DNA from: Pavona decussata
Taxonomy: Eukaryota
DNA: 64,000 bases
Assembly (NCBI GenBank): GCA_977016875.1
Contig: CDRNST010000354.1
Location: forward strand, 558,001 to 622,000
Direction: 5' to 3'
Shown here: positions 1 to 12,846 of the stretch, in pieces
How positions within the stretch are numbered: position 1 is the stretch's first letter
Layout of the letters: every line of letters begins with the position of its first letter
Program-made: the position numbers and the translations under genes
The notes under the pieces: generated by a model
What the model was told of the DNA's origin: nothing
Database searches by the model: none
The model's input: the letters and a program-made list of their open reading frames with translations, nothing else

Positions 1-822
1 AAACGTGCGAGGATAAATCTTATTTCACGATAAACGAGTTTAGGCGTAAGTTTACAAACTGCAACTGACTTCTTTCACGAGTTTGTGATTGAAGATAAAC
101 GAGATCGAGATGACAGTAATAAATTATTAACCATCTAATTTGCTTGCACCTGGTAACAAGCTACGTACTTAAGCTTGTAACGATTTCTCAGTTTTGAAAA
201 ATTAAACTTTAAGGTCGATATAGAACTACGATGTTTGAGTCTAAATATTAACAAAAGGGCCAATTTGTGTTTTATGGCAAGGGACTAAGGGTTGAGTAAT
301 CTTAATAATTAAAATGATTGAAAATGTTCCCTCTCGTTCATACATGCCACAGTCTACCACCACTTAGGAGGTATACTAATTTTAATTCCCTCTTTCTTGG
401 TTTTTGAGTAATTAAACAACAGATTTAAAACATTGTAAAGGGGCTACAATTGAAAAAAAAGTTATCGTATGCAAGTAACAAATTGCTTTTTGAAAATATG
501 GCACACAGCTTCAAAAGCGCTGACATGCCGTCAGCGCAAGGCTCTCCTTGACAAACAAGCTGTCAATATGAGTAATTTATAAAGAAAAACAATAGTCTAT
601 AATTTTGTAATTGTACAGAAGTCAAAATTCACTGGGCTACTAGCACTTCTGTCTTCTGTCTCTATGCGAGATGCTTCTCTCAAATTTACACGTTTTCCAT
701 TTGAGTTCTTTTCCAGCTCCCTGATAATTTTCATGCCCCGTGCAGAATTAAAAATGCAGAAGTACCTGCAATTGCAGAGAAAAATTCACGAGACACTTGA
801 CGAAAAAAGCCCATTGAGTTAA

Positions 823-1205
823 AGGGGCACTCTCAAGGCGACTTTGCTGTATTTTGGTCACACCTGTTCAATTTTTTGACACAAAACCTTTTTGCTAACA
901 TGAAATTGCTCTTAAAACACCGGAAAGAAATCATTACGGGACTTGTCCAAGGGAGACCTAACTATTGTCAGTTTTTAGAGACTTCTCTAAACTGACACAA
1001 GAAGAAATTGGAAAAATTGGCCAATTTTTTCAAGTTACAATCCATTTCCATGGTAACCATCCGCAGCCAATGATGAATAATACTTGTTTCTGTGCACTAG
1101 TAGGGTTATTGTTAACAAAACTGAATCATTATTTTAACGATTCCATCGATTCAAATATGTTTTTTGTCCACTCAAAATGACACTCAAATAGGTTACACTG
1201 CCCCT
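823..1205. mobile_element. Non-autonomous DNA transposon (Kolobok-like MITE)
   Basis: TTAA on both sides (819-822, 1206-1209) and termini AGGGGCA...TGCCCCT. A second diverged copy lies at 38969-39319. Confidence 0.75.
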
Positions 1206-3649
1206 TTAAACAACATTAACAAAAACGTTTTCACTTGGAGCACCCAAAGGTTTGCACTGTCAACATTACTAAGAGGAAGAAGGGGGGGGGGGAGGGTAAG
1301 GTGCCTTGGTGTCACGATCTTTTTTTCTAGAGAGTGATGGTCACAGAATTAATTGAATCGATCGTCGGATAAACTTCGGAAATTTGCGTGAAATATTCGG
1401 AAAGAGTCGGCGGTCTTTCGCAGTCTTCGGACGCTCGAATTTCTTTGTGTCCATCTTCGGGTATTTTCGGCCAATCTCTTGTGCATCGATAACTTAGTTC
1501 ATGGTATATGTTCTCGTGGCATACGTTAATATTCCATTATTTACAAAGGCTCGTGTGTATAACAAAACAGAGTCAATCGTGGGATATTTCACGCGAAAGC
1601 ACTTCATAACCTAAGGGCGATCTTTGCTGACGGCATTGTTTACAACGTTGAAGCTCCACTCTTTAAAATTTGACGGTTTTCAAAAAGGAGTACCTCTTTC
1701 ACTTTTCAGCATTTTCTCTCATACTTTTTGGATTAAGAGAATGTGACACTCTCTTTAAATTTATCGTAGTTTTTCGTTTGGCAAGTTTTCCTAGCTTTAT
1801 TAAATTTTCGATAATTTTTGATGATGAGTAGATCAAAGACTGCCTACGTAAACAGAGATCGGCCCATGGACACCACAAACAAAGTTTTTCAATGCGACTT
1901 GACGATTATTTTTGGAAAAATTTTATATTTAAAATTTATAGTGTAAATAAGGAATCAAAACAAAACCCCTGAAAGATGACATCCCAGTTCACTTAAATTT
2001 TAACTAATAACTGAGCTTTGCAAACATAGCGGACAAATGCTGAAAGTGAAGCTCACCCGGCTCATTACTCTAAAACGGGTATTAGCTCTGCAATCTAGCA
2101 ATATCTATTTTTTAAAAAAAAACTCCTTCCTTTTCAGAAATTAACTGATTCTAAATGCACTAAGTCAGTATTCTTATTAAGTACCGGTAGTATTGTGTCA
2201 ACAAACTCTGCGTGAGACGCACCTGCCTCGCTAATTAGTTGGCCACCCTCCGGTTTAACTTTAATGAGTGTAAATTTTTTTTTTTTTTTTTTGGCATTTA
2301 ACACTCAACTTTATTTCAATTCTAAGTCATATTTTATGAGTGTAAATACCGGGAAATATTGTCCTCTACTCGTTTCAAAGTCTTAGAACTTTGAAACAGC
2401 AACCTTCGTTTTCTTTGTTAATTCGTGTATGTATGTGTGTTTCGTTCTTTGTTTTCAATATCTGCGTGCGAGCAAAATTGTACATACAATGTAGTTAGAT
2501 GTACCGCTATATTCCTTAATTAGTGATCCTGATGTGTTAATTTTCGTTCGCTTGTTTTCATCTTTGTAATTTGTCGGGGATGATATAAATAAATAAATAA
2601 ATATAAATAAGAGTTCTTTAAATATTTTTGCACCCCCTATATTACTCTGTAACTCAGCATGATCTAAGTAGCCTTCGAATACAGCTGCCTCTTATCGCCC
2701 CCAGCCACGAACAATCCTGTCAACAATGCGGTAATTTCTCAAACATAAATACCTATACGCTATGGCAGGGAGCGCGTGAGGGGAGGGCTTGGGAGGTTTA
2801 AGCTCCGATGGATTCTGATCTTTAATGGAAATTTATTGGGTATTTTCCAGATTACCTTTCGGCATTGTCAAGTACGCTTTTACGCTTTTTTTTTTTTGTT
2901 TGTTTTTTGGACAACCTTATGGCACTCGAACAAAAAAAGCAAGTACAATCCCAAGAGTAAAATTGAGAATGTTAAACATGATGACAACTTTTAACAACTT
3001 ACATAAATGCATCACTGCGATACATACTATAAGAAAATTCCATCAAGACTAAAAACAAAACCTTACGATATTTTTGGATCTTCACTTTAAAATGTTAAGT
3101 TATTGCCAAGTAAACTCCTGTTTTACTTTTATGATACTCTTTTCAAGAAAATGAAAACATGAAAAGCGTTGGAAAATGGCATCCATTGTTTCTTACTCGA
3201 TGTCATGTCACTTTGTAACTTAAAAAAGGGAATTGTCGCAGGCTTTTGACCTTTTTTGGTGAAAATGGTGAAACATTACCTTCACTTAGTTAAGCTCCTG
3301 TTGATAAAAAAAACGTTTTGGATTTTTTGAAATGACACTAGATCCCAGTGACTGACCAAAAATGACGAAGAAACAATTTTGATGATTATTTCCTGAAACT
3401 TCGAACGCCGAGAAAGCCTAGCTAGTATTTTATCAGTTCTTTGTTTCTTTCTTTGCTAAAAGTCTCTCCTTGTCTAAATAATGCATCACAACAGACTAAT
3501 TTAACACAAACAACTTCAACCAAAATCACTTCATACAGGCCTAACTTTTGAGCCTATGGATTACTGAAAAAAATTAACTGTGTTCACTTATATGAAAGCT
3601 ACTGAACATTACTTTTTGTGATGCTGTTCAGTACGCTGTAGGCATAATG

Positions 3650-3790
3650 GGTACGCAAGGCTAGGTACGAAAAGAAACCTAGAAAAAATTCTGGCTCGCA
3701 CAAAAATCGAACCAATGACCTCTGGAATACCGGTGCACTGTAGTACTCTGCCAACTGAGGTATCAAGCCAGCTGTAAGCTGGTATTTCTT
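3650..3790 (-). repeat. Degenerate tRNA-derived repeat
   Basis: tcgaaccaatgacctctggaataccggtgcactgtagtactctgccaactgaggtatcaagcca is a reverse-complemented tRNA-like A/B-box head, the same family as 39350-39440. Confidence 0.55.
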
Positions 3791-4615
3791 TAATTCGAAA
3801 TATAGAAGTGAAGAGATGGAACTGAAATATATGAGTTTCACCTGTTTCCCTTCCACTTTGATTTAACTTTGATACCTGGCTATCGAATTAGAGCTCACCC
3901 CAAAGGAAATGTAGACAGACATGTTAACGCTTCTGTAACAGAAATGTAAAAGCTGCAAGAAATCCTGCCTATGAAATTGCAAGATTTGACAAGCTTCAAT
4001 GAGAAACTTAATTAGCACATGTATGCCTTACCTATTTGTTAAGAATGTCAAGTCTAGGAGATCAATAATGGGATTTAAACCATTTTGGACTCTCACAAGA
4101 GGTCAAAATAAGGGGTATTAAACTTTTAGTCATATCAACTTATCAGGAGCTTTGATTTGTTACAAATGTCAAGTTAAGGTGATCGAGTACCGTATGGGAT
4201 TTGCTCGCTTACAAAGTGTCAGAATAACTTTATTAAGAGTGTAATCATTGAGTCACATTAGCTTATGAGAGGTTTCAGTCGTAGGGATTTAATTAGGAGA
4301 AGTTTGAGAAAATGATCGGTTGAAAGAGGTATTTGTACCGAAAGGTGTGACTGTGTTTGAAAACGAACTGTAAAGAAGCGATTGTTCAGTTACATGTAAT
4401 ACGAGCACGCATTGCGGACCAGTGGCCGCGCGCAAACTAGGAGACTGAAACTTAGCCACGTTTCACGAAATTCAAATGAGCATTCACGCGCCGGAACGCG
4501 CCACGTTTCAGAAAAAGATTTCTCCGATCAGCTGACGTTCGTTCAAACAAAGAACCTAAGCCCGCAGATTATAGTCGAGCTTTGCAAATGATCTGCTAGC
4601 ATTCAAAACAAAGCA

Positions 4616-6385
4616 ATGGACGCCCGGAGATTTCAAAGTACCAAGACGTCTTTGGTGAACCGTTCGCTGTTGCCACCGAAGTTCTTCAACCTGTTCTCAT
4701 CCGCCAGCGAAGCGAGCCTACTACCATTTCTACCCATGTTTTTCCGCTTTATTGGACTTACAGCGTTTCAGAACGGAATCCTAGGATGTGCAAGACCTTT
4801 AGTATCTTTCTGGGCTTCCCCACTACTGCGGATTCTGGCAGAAAAGACAAACAAGAGAAAGTTTCTTTTGCTTGCCCTCCTATTGGCTGCAGTGATTTCT
4901 AATATTTCCTTAGGGCTTACAAACAAACATGAATCCTCTGCGGATTTTCGTTCATACATCTGCAATAACACAGAGAATTCGGAGCTGGAATACAACCACA
5001 ATGGATCAAGCGCCAATGAATCAAACTTAAGTCGTATGAACGCATCGACAAATTCAGGAAAAATCACCACAACAGGTGAAGCAAACAAATCACCCGTTAC
5101 ATCATTTTCACCAACCGGAAATTATTCCACAACGTTACATAACAATGGCTCCTCGATCGACAATGCGGAAATGAAGAACTTCAATCGCATAAACAGCAGT
5201 GAAAGTGGCGATGATTTTAAAATCCATTCAAACTTAGTGATCACACACCATGTTAATAATTCACAGTTCAACAAAAGTACAGGACTGGAGGTCCAAAGCG
5301 ATTGGTATCTTCTCTATGGGTTCCGTATAGATCACACTTTTAAAATTTTACTAGCTCTGGTGTTCCTCTGCGAATTATTTTCATCTTCAACCAGAGGAAT
5401 AAGCAAAAGCATATTTTCTGATATTTTACATCAGAACAAAGGGTCCCGTCTGGGTGTTAACATTTGGTCATCAATTGGAACTATGCTTGGGGGCGGGGTG
5501 TTAATATTGGCCATAGGGTATCATGGCTGTGATTTTGGACTAAAAAACAGTTTCTACTTACATTTTTACATTTTTGCTTGTTTTGGTGCCATGGCCTTTG
5601 TTCTGGGTGCAGTGCTAAAGGAATATGAAAAGAAATCACTGTTGTGTCTGCGGTTTGGAAAGACCTTTGCATATCTGTGCTGTGATGTGAATATGATCTG
5701 CTTCCTCGCTGTACTGTTAGTGCTTGGAATGGCAGAATCTCTCATGTACAACTTCATGATGTGGTATCTACAAGACATAGGTGCATCAATTATTGTCATG
5801 GTAACAATTGTCATCACATCAGCCTTCTCAGAAATTCCAATGCAGTGCATTTCAAACCATTTGATTCGCTGCTTTGGTCATCACTGGGTGATCTTTGTAT
5901 CCCTCTTCTCCTACGGAGGCCGTTTCCTATATTTTTCATACTTCAAAAATCCCTGGCTCATACTTCCCATAGAACTATTGCGTGGGCTTTCATATACAAC
6001 AGTTCAATCAGCGTGTGGATCATATGCGGCTACTGTTTCTCTTCATGGCATAGAAAAGACAATGAAAGTTGTTTTCTCAACAGTTTATGAGGGCCTTGGT
6101 ATGGGAATAGGTGGCATTGCTGTGGCTCTTTCATATCAGCTTTATGGACCCTTAGTTGTTTTTCGTTGCGCTGCAGGGGTGTGTGGCATTTATGCCCTGG
6201 TTTTTGCCATGCTTCAGTGCATTCTTGTATTGCCTGATGGAGACAGAAGTGGTGGAAAATTAAGGGAATATCAACAGATTAATTTGGATGGAGAGAGAGG
6301 AGACTTTCCCTTGCACACAGACTGGTTGATGGAGGCTCTTCGAGAAGAAGAAGATGATGAAGATGAGACTCATTTTATGAAATAA
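4616..6385 (+). CDS. MFSD6: Major facilitator superfamily domain-containing protein 6-like transporter (single coding exon)
   Basis: 589-aa ORF. N-terminal LLPPKFFNLF..ASLLPFLPMFFRFIGLTAFQNGIL...PLVSFWASPL motif, a long Asn/Ser/Thr-rich loop after the third TM, and a C-half FMMWYLQDIG / SEIP / NPWLILPIELLRGL / GLGMGIGG, all typical of the MFSD6/MFSD6L (MFS_1-like) family. Confidence 0.85.
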   Translation: MDARRFQSTKTSLVNRSLLPPKFFNLFSSASEASLLPFLPMFFRFIGLTAFQNGILGCARPLVSFWASPLLRILAEKTNKRKFLLLALLLAAVISNISLGLTNKHESSADFRSYICNNTENSELEYNHNGSSANESNLSRMNASTNSGKITTTGEANKSPVTSFSPTGNYSTTLHNNGSSIDNAEMKNFNRINSSESGDDFKIHSNLVITHHVNNSQFNKSTGLEVQSDWYLLYGFRIDHTFKILLALVFLCELFSSSTRGISKSIFSDILHQNKGSRLGVNIWSSIGTMLGGGVLILAIGYHGCDFGLKNSFYLHFYIFACFGAMAFVLGAVLKEYEKKSLLCLRFGKTFAYLCCDVNMICFLAVLLVLGMAESLMYNFMMWYLQDIGASIIVMVTIVITSAFSEIPMQCISNHLIRCFGHHWVIFVSLFSYGGRFLYFSYFKNPWLILPIELLRGLSYTTVQSACGSYAATVSLHGIEKTMKVVFSTVYEGLGMGIGGIAVALSYQLYGPLVVFRCAAGVCGIYALVFAMLQCILVLPDGDRSGGKLREYQQINLDGERGDFPLHTDWLMEALREEEDDEDETHFMK

Positions 6386-6480
6386 TTGAACCAACATCAT
6401 ATTTTCTTTTCCAAAGAGAGAATTTAGGTAGCACTAATATTGCTTGCTTGTGTTATGCAAAGAATATGGAGAGCTACAGT

Positions 6481-6511
<31 letters not shown>

Positions 6512-6531
6512 ATAAGATTAAATTTAGAAAT

Positions 6532-6687
6532 ACAGTTGACTATAAAAATAAGCGAAAAAACGGAATGATATTTCGGTGTCTTCCTGGCACCATTATCTTT
6601 TCTGTTGCATGACCTTTACTTGATAATGGTGCCAGGATGACACCGAAACATCGTTCCGTTTTTTCGCTTATTTTTATAGTCAACTGT
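6532..6687. repeat. Fold-back palindrome (~65-bp arms) with hammerhead-like core; probable Penelope terminal-repeat remnant
   Basis: acagttgactataaaaataagcgaaaaaacgg...ccgttttttcgcttatttttatagtcaactgt. Right arm carries TTGATAA-T-GGTG..CACC-GAAAC. Flanked by (ATTT)n tracts on both sides. Confidence 0.8.
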
Positions 6688-9595
6688 CTTTATTTTTTAT
6701 TTATTTTTTTATTTATTTATTTATTTACAACTGCACAGATTCACACAACACTTGGGCAGTTGTGAAAACAACAGGAATCAAAGTCCTGTACTACACTGTA
6801 CATGTAGCTTACACACCCGACTCACTCCTTGAAAATTTAACATTTTCAATAGCTATGATTGTCAAAGGGCTTTAAAACAATTATTTCAAACTCCTTACAC
6901 AAAAAATCTCGGCAAAGTTGTATTTTAATTAACAGAAACTTGACAAGTCTAAAATAATAAGCATCAAATATTTACATATTTAATTGGTCCTACTGAATAT
7001 TAAGATCTTCCCTTCAGTTCAGTTGCACTGTTTGATCCCCCCCCCCCACACCCTTAACCCCTTCTGAGTAGAGAAATGCCCTCACTACTAAAATTCAAAC
7101 ATGATTAAATCACGTGAACATAAAAAATAAAAAAGTGCATAAATTTTGCTGTTAAGTAGTACAGATAGATACATGTAACATATCAGTTGCTAGGTAGCAA
7201 AAAATCTTTTTTTTTTGGAAACCATTCACAAAAAGTGAGAAGATCATTAACAAAGTCAAGGCCTAGGACTCATAGCAAAAGTCATAAAAACATATTCATA
7301 CATACTAATCTGTTAATCTCCATGCAAATATGTTTACAGTAAAAGTTGCAGAGTTTTCAAACAATTATAACAAAATCTTTCCAACTTGATGTTTGAGTGA
7401 TTTTCATTTTTAACAGTGGTCATTGAGTTAAGGATGAATTTTGTTAATTGTAATACCTGTAGGCTCACCAGACACAACATACCATTTGGGGATGGGGTGG
7501 GGCCAAGAGAGGACAGAGAATACTTAGCATAGTGCACAACTTGTGCACAATATTCCATTGTGACTTTGAAGACCTCATGTGTCATAGCATGGAGAGAATT
7601 TTGGTAACTGGCTGTATCTAACTGATGCACCCAAAGGTGTAAAAATTACATTTAGATATTTAATAGTACATGTAAATATTATTTAAAGCATGAAAGAAAG
7701 CAAGTTGATGACTTGTTTTGATTTCATTTTTTTTTTCTTCCATTTGCTCATAAGGAAGTGTTGGTTTAAAGTTACTTTAATGAGTCAAATGTACATGTTT
7801 ATAAAAAGTACAGACGGATTCAAACCCAGTGAGCTCACTGCTTTGCTATCATATTAATACAAATTGCCAGTTCCAGATCTTTAACAGCAATGCACTATAA
7901 TTTTTGCATCCAAGTGTTCTGATCTAATAATTAGAGTAAGATGTACATTGTGATTTCTTCATGGGGTTATTTTTAGTTCTTGGTAGGTTATTATTAATTT
8001 AGCAATGAGGGAATTGCAGGCTACTTCAGAAGCGAAGGAAATGTACATCATACTAAGAAAGGCTGCTTCATATAGTAACAGTGCAAATAAAAAACATGAA
8101 TGCTTTGGTTTACTGCGCCTTTGAATAACACACGGACTCTGAAGTTCCAGATTTAACTAACCGTTATGCTTTTCACTGCCATGAATCACTCCTGCCAACC
8201 TCTTAGCAAACAATAACATTTGACTCAATGGGGTCAAAAGGTCATGTTCATGCGCTGCAATCCACTTTGTAGGTTTCGTTATTTTTGCAGCCAGCAAAAA
8301 TGTGGCAGAAAAACATACAAATCATTATTTGAGGTTGAAGTTCTGAGTCCATATGTTATTGAAAAGCGCAGTAACCTTATTAAAATAGGTCAATCTTTCA
8401 ATGTGGCTACTTTCAAATTCAATTCAAACCACAAGAAAAGTGTAACCAAATACAGTGATAGCACCAGTTAATATTTTATCATATAATTACTGGTGCAATC
8501 TTCATCATCTAATTTTCTACAATTTTTTCAAAGTGTTATAAATGAAGTGGTCATGGTTTACTGATTTGCATAGTATGCTTGTTATTGTAAACAGTAAATT
8601 GTTCCTTCTGGTATTTTTCTTGCCCAGCTGGCACTTTGCCTTTTTTTTAACTAGCCTTAACAGTAAATTTGTTTCAGTCACAAAGTATGGTAGCCTAAAG
8701 GGAACTGGCTGTAGCAAAATCATTTTTCCACATTAATTTGCATCTACTAAAGTACAAATAAATAAGTTGTACTCAGTACAAAAAAATAATTAAATAATAA
8801 AATAAATAATTATAATAATCAGTACAAATAAATAATTATTATAATGCATTTATGAATGAAATTTCAAATAAATTTAGGGCTTGGGACTGCATGTCAGATT
8901 GCATTTGACAGAACAGGAAATAAAAAATGGTGTCTTTGCCTGATTTCTTTCGAGACTGAAATGTTGCATAATTGTTTATCTAATGATGACTACCGCAGAG
9001 CTGTCATTACAGGCCTTCTCTTCTGTACAGAGGCATCTTTTGCACTCAAGCAGAGACAAACAAGGGACTCACTGGAGAGAGTGAAATAATGAAGAGTGTG
9101 GGGAGCATCGTCCCCATGCTATATTTTTTTTATTCCTATTTTTCTTCCCAGCATTTCCCACTTTTCACTCCTTTTGTTCTAAAGTAGCCTCTACAGAAGG
9201 GAGAGATAAAGGACCATAACCCAAAACACCTGCCACAGATGAATACCCTTGTTGGGACATTGATATTATTATGGATGATCTTCGCTGTTGTAGATGTAGA
9301 TATTTGGTTGGGATGCCAAATTAAGTGCAACTGCAGCCAGTACCCTCCCCACTCTTGCTGTCCACTGCAAGAGTGGAGAATTACTATTTAGCCATTGCTC
9401 TAACCCGCTGATGTGGACTGCTCATCCAGTCAATGCACAGACCTTGTGATTGTGAGGAGCAGACTGATGAGCAAAACATCTTTTTTATTATTAAATTATG
9501 GCTTCATTTGCCCCTTACTTGTATATTAGTTAGTTAGTAAATTATTAGTTGATATACTTTTCTGCCTAACTTTTTAAAATTTAAATACATGCATG

Positions 9596-10189
9596 CAGTC
9601 AACTCTCTTGTAAGCAACCACCCTTGGGGCACAACAAAGTGGTCGCTTACAGGAAAGATCATCAAAATAAGCCTAATGCTGGATTGATTGATTAATTACA
9701 TAAAAATATTACCTTAGCAGCTAACATTAGGCGAATGAAAACTAATTTATTTGATTTTTCAGAACTGTTCATTCTTCTGATGAAACTTTGTATATCATTT
9801 TGGAACAGATCACTGTAACAATTCCCGGTTACCTGCAGATCTAATTAAAGCGATGATCAGGCTTCTCTGTCTGTAAACTGTTATTATCTGTCAGCAGTCT
9901 GGGGTAGCGTCATTAAAAATTGAACTTTTTGTCACTTCTGAGTAATGATTTACTAACGATTATACTTGATTATGTTGGGTGGTCGCTTACCGGAAACAGA
10001 AAACAAAAGAACATGTGTAATTTCTCGCCTAAAAAGTGGTCGTGGTCCCTTAGGAAATTTGAGTGGTGGTCGCTTATGAGAGAGCTCTTGAAACAGTATT
10101 TAACTGAGAAACAAAATGGTTGTTTACAAAGTGGTCAATTACGGGAGGTGGTCGCTTACAAGAAGTGGTTGCTATGAGAGAGTTGACTG
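9596..10189. mobile_element. Tc1/mariner-type MITE
   Basis: TIRs CAGTCAACTCTC...GAGAGTTGACTG, TA at the right flank, and internal repeats of gtggtcgctta. Confidence 0.7.
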
Positions 10190-10584
10190 TAGCAATTTTT
10201 AGTTGAGAGCCACCCTGAATTAACCTCAAGTTAGCTTGGTGCTCAACCCTCTCTAAATAGTATCATCCTCATCATCATTGTTATTATATTATTATTATTA
10301 TTTCATTTGAAAGAACCCCGAGACTGGGCACATTGAGTGGATTGTCTACACAACTTGGATGGATATTACTTACTTTGAGAACGACATGATACAAAAAACT
10401 GGGATCATGTGTCTTATAGGGTGCCTTGATCGACATATCGAATTATAAACTCCAGTACATAGAATATTTTATTGGAAACCCACACAGCCTGAAAAAGCAA
10501 ATATATAATTTGCAAGTAGTCCTCCTAACTTGGTGACTGCATATTGGTACATGGAGACATGTGAAAACTGCAACCCATCAGACT

Positions 10585-11072
10585 CCCGGGGGGAAGGTAC
10601 TTCCTTATAAGAGGCAAATGGGAATGTACTGCTGGATGGGGTCGCATTTTTACTACTGGATTGACTATAATGGGGTTGCATTTTTAATAGAGTTACTAGA
10701 ATGGGGTTGCACATTTTCGGATTTTTGGGGTAAGAAAATTCTATTACGTAGGGATTCAAAATGGTCTTGGTTAAAAAGGTCAGAAAGTTGTTGTTTATTA
10801 AATGTAACAATCACCGCGCATTACATTTCGTTCTTGAAACCACAACTTCAATAAACCAGTTATAACACAATAGCACAAAACCACCATTTCAGAACAAAGT
10901 AGATGCATAAATAGAAAGTTACTTAGTTGGGATCGCGAAAATTACATTTACTCAAAACTGACTAAGATGGGGTCTATAACTGGCCACAAAATGAACTATT
11001 ATGGGGCAGGGGCTATGAAAGGCCAGCGGCACATACCCAGCAAAACTGAACCCAAGTACCCCCCCCCCCCCC
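10585..11072. mobile_element. MITE with G-run/GTACT termini
   Basis: Starts CCCGGGGGGAAGGTACT and ends AAGTACCCCCCCC. Related sequence at ~13893-14563 and ~24353-24577. Confidence 0.6.
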
Positions 11073-11999
11073 TTTATTGTTTCCCTGGCTTTGAAAGTTG
11101 TCTGGAACACTGCTCTCAAATTCATTAGAAAAAACCTGATTTTTATTTCAAAATTTCTCATCATAGGGTATTAGGGTACCATGGACCCATGTGTATGGTA
11201 CGTCGCCATTCAGATTAATTAATACATGTAGGCAAGATATTTATCACAATATTGATGCATATATTGACACCAATACTGTGACATCATCACCCAAGACTCA
11301 TAACAAGATATCATTAACTACATGTTTGGCAGTCAGTCCAGAAACAGGCTAAAGTCACTACATCTGTGTAGACTTTAGGAAATATTTGGTTTTAAGCACA
11401 GACCACTGCAAAGACCAACAAATTTAATAAATAGAGACTACCCTTCACTCCTTACCACTGATGGCATGTATCGATTACCCAAATTGGTATCGATTACTTT
11501 AGTATCGATATTGGCATGCAAATACCATGATGAATATCATTTGAGAAATTATCTGTACTGTTTGAGTTCGTTGTTTAGATAACGTGGGTTACTTCTCTGG
11601 CTTTCGAATCGCTTAAAGAAAATTAAGCTCATACCTGTTATAAAATCTGCAGCATCTTCAAGCTAATGCACCAGTCGATTGAAACCCCCACCCCCCCAGA
11701 CCCAGGACAGATAGGGGGATAATAGGGGAATATAAGCACTTTTGATCAAAGATCAGTCCCCTGGGGGTGGTAGATAAGATGTGTTTTGCTTCTTTATATG
11801 TCCCCACCTCGAGGAATCAGGGAGATTTGACTGTGGTTGACTGGTACCGAAGTTCGTCACAAAGTCAATCGATTGCACGTCGTCATTTTTTGCGCCATCC
11901 ATATTGGCTTATATTGGCAAAATGCTTCGCAAAATTTGGTTTAAAGACAATTCAAAAGTAAGAAGAAAATTCATTCCAGTTCTTTTGAAAACTCTGCCT

Positions 12000-12720
12000 A
12001 CAAATCCATGGTACAGCCATGTGTATAAAAATGGCAGTCGCCTTTGCCAATATCTCATAGGTAAGGTTGAAACAGAGATTTTAAAACCACTCATTTGGAA
12101 ATGATATATAGACGATATATTTTCGCTCTGGACTTTAAGGAGCTCGGAGATAATGCAGTTCATTGAGCAAGCAAACAAACACCAGCCCACAATTAAATTT
12201 ACGGCTGAAATTTCAGAAACGGAAACATTTCTGGATTAACAAACAGTTATAGGCGAAAGATTCAGAAGCAATTCAGTTCTTGATGTGCGTACGCAGTTCA
12301 AACCTACTGAAGCATTTCAATATACACACTTCTCTTCGTGCCACCCACCAGGGGTAAAAAAAGGCTTCATCAAAGGCGAAGCACTGAGACTCCTCAGAAC
12401 AAACTCTTCTAAAAAAAATATTTGAAAAGCAAATTCATTAAAATCCTACATCACACCTACAGGAAAGAGGTTATCCCAAGAACCTTGTTCAAAGGACCCT
12501 CTCAGAAGTGCAATTTGAAAACAGGAAACTAGCACTCCTTCAAAAACCAAAGGAGAAACAAATCTTGCCTTTCGTTGCACAACACCACCCAGCAGTAGTG
12601 AAAGACTGGCATTTAATAGTAAGAGCAACAACCATTGCTCAAACAAATCTTCAAAGACCTGCCCCTCATATGTTACACTGAGGGGGCGGTCAGTCAAAGA
12701 TATACCAGTGAGAGCCTAAT
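12000..12720 (+). mobile_element. Penelope-like retroelement reverse-transcriptase relic
   Basis: Broken frames read HGTAMCIKMAVAFANI, KVETEILKPLIWK*YIDDIFSLW, FIEQANKHQPTIKFTAEISE, FKPTEAFQYTHFSSCHPPGVKKGFIKGEALRLLRTNS and RGYP: the PLE RT palm (YIDD) plus downstream thumb motifs. Confidence 0.85.
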
Positions 12721-12743
12721 TATAATGCGCTCTTGTACCCAAT

Positions 12744-12846
12744 ATGATTGCTTGTGATAATCCTGGCTCTCCTATAGAGTGGTTCCATTTCGAATGCATG
12801 CGACTTGTGGATGCACCAAGTCAAAAGCGGCTTTACACTGACTGTG
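12744..12846 (+). pseudogene. Degenerate ING-type PHD finger fragment
   Basis: Translates as MIACDNPGSPIEWFHFECMRLVDAPSQKRLYTDC, compared with the PHD consensus MIxCDNxxCxxEWFHxxCVGLxxxPxGKWxCxxC. Several Cys/Trp residues are lost. Confidence 0.7.

Noticed and set aside
965-1180. Similar short ORFs at 965-1180 and 39112-39306 suggesting a small gene family
   Set aside because: Both lie within copies of the same TTAA-flanked MITE.
7334-7630. 98-aa minus-strand ORF with splice-like signals
   Set aside because: No recognisable domain and no linkable neighbouring coding exons.
11208-11292. Minus-strand C/D-box snoRNA candidate (GTGATGA...CTGA)
   Set aside because: No terminal stem, and the guide region is AT-rich with only a short, common match.
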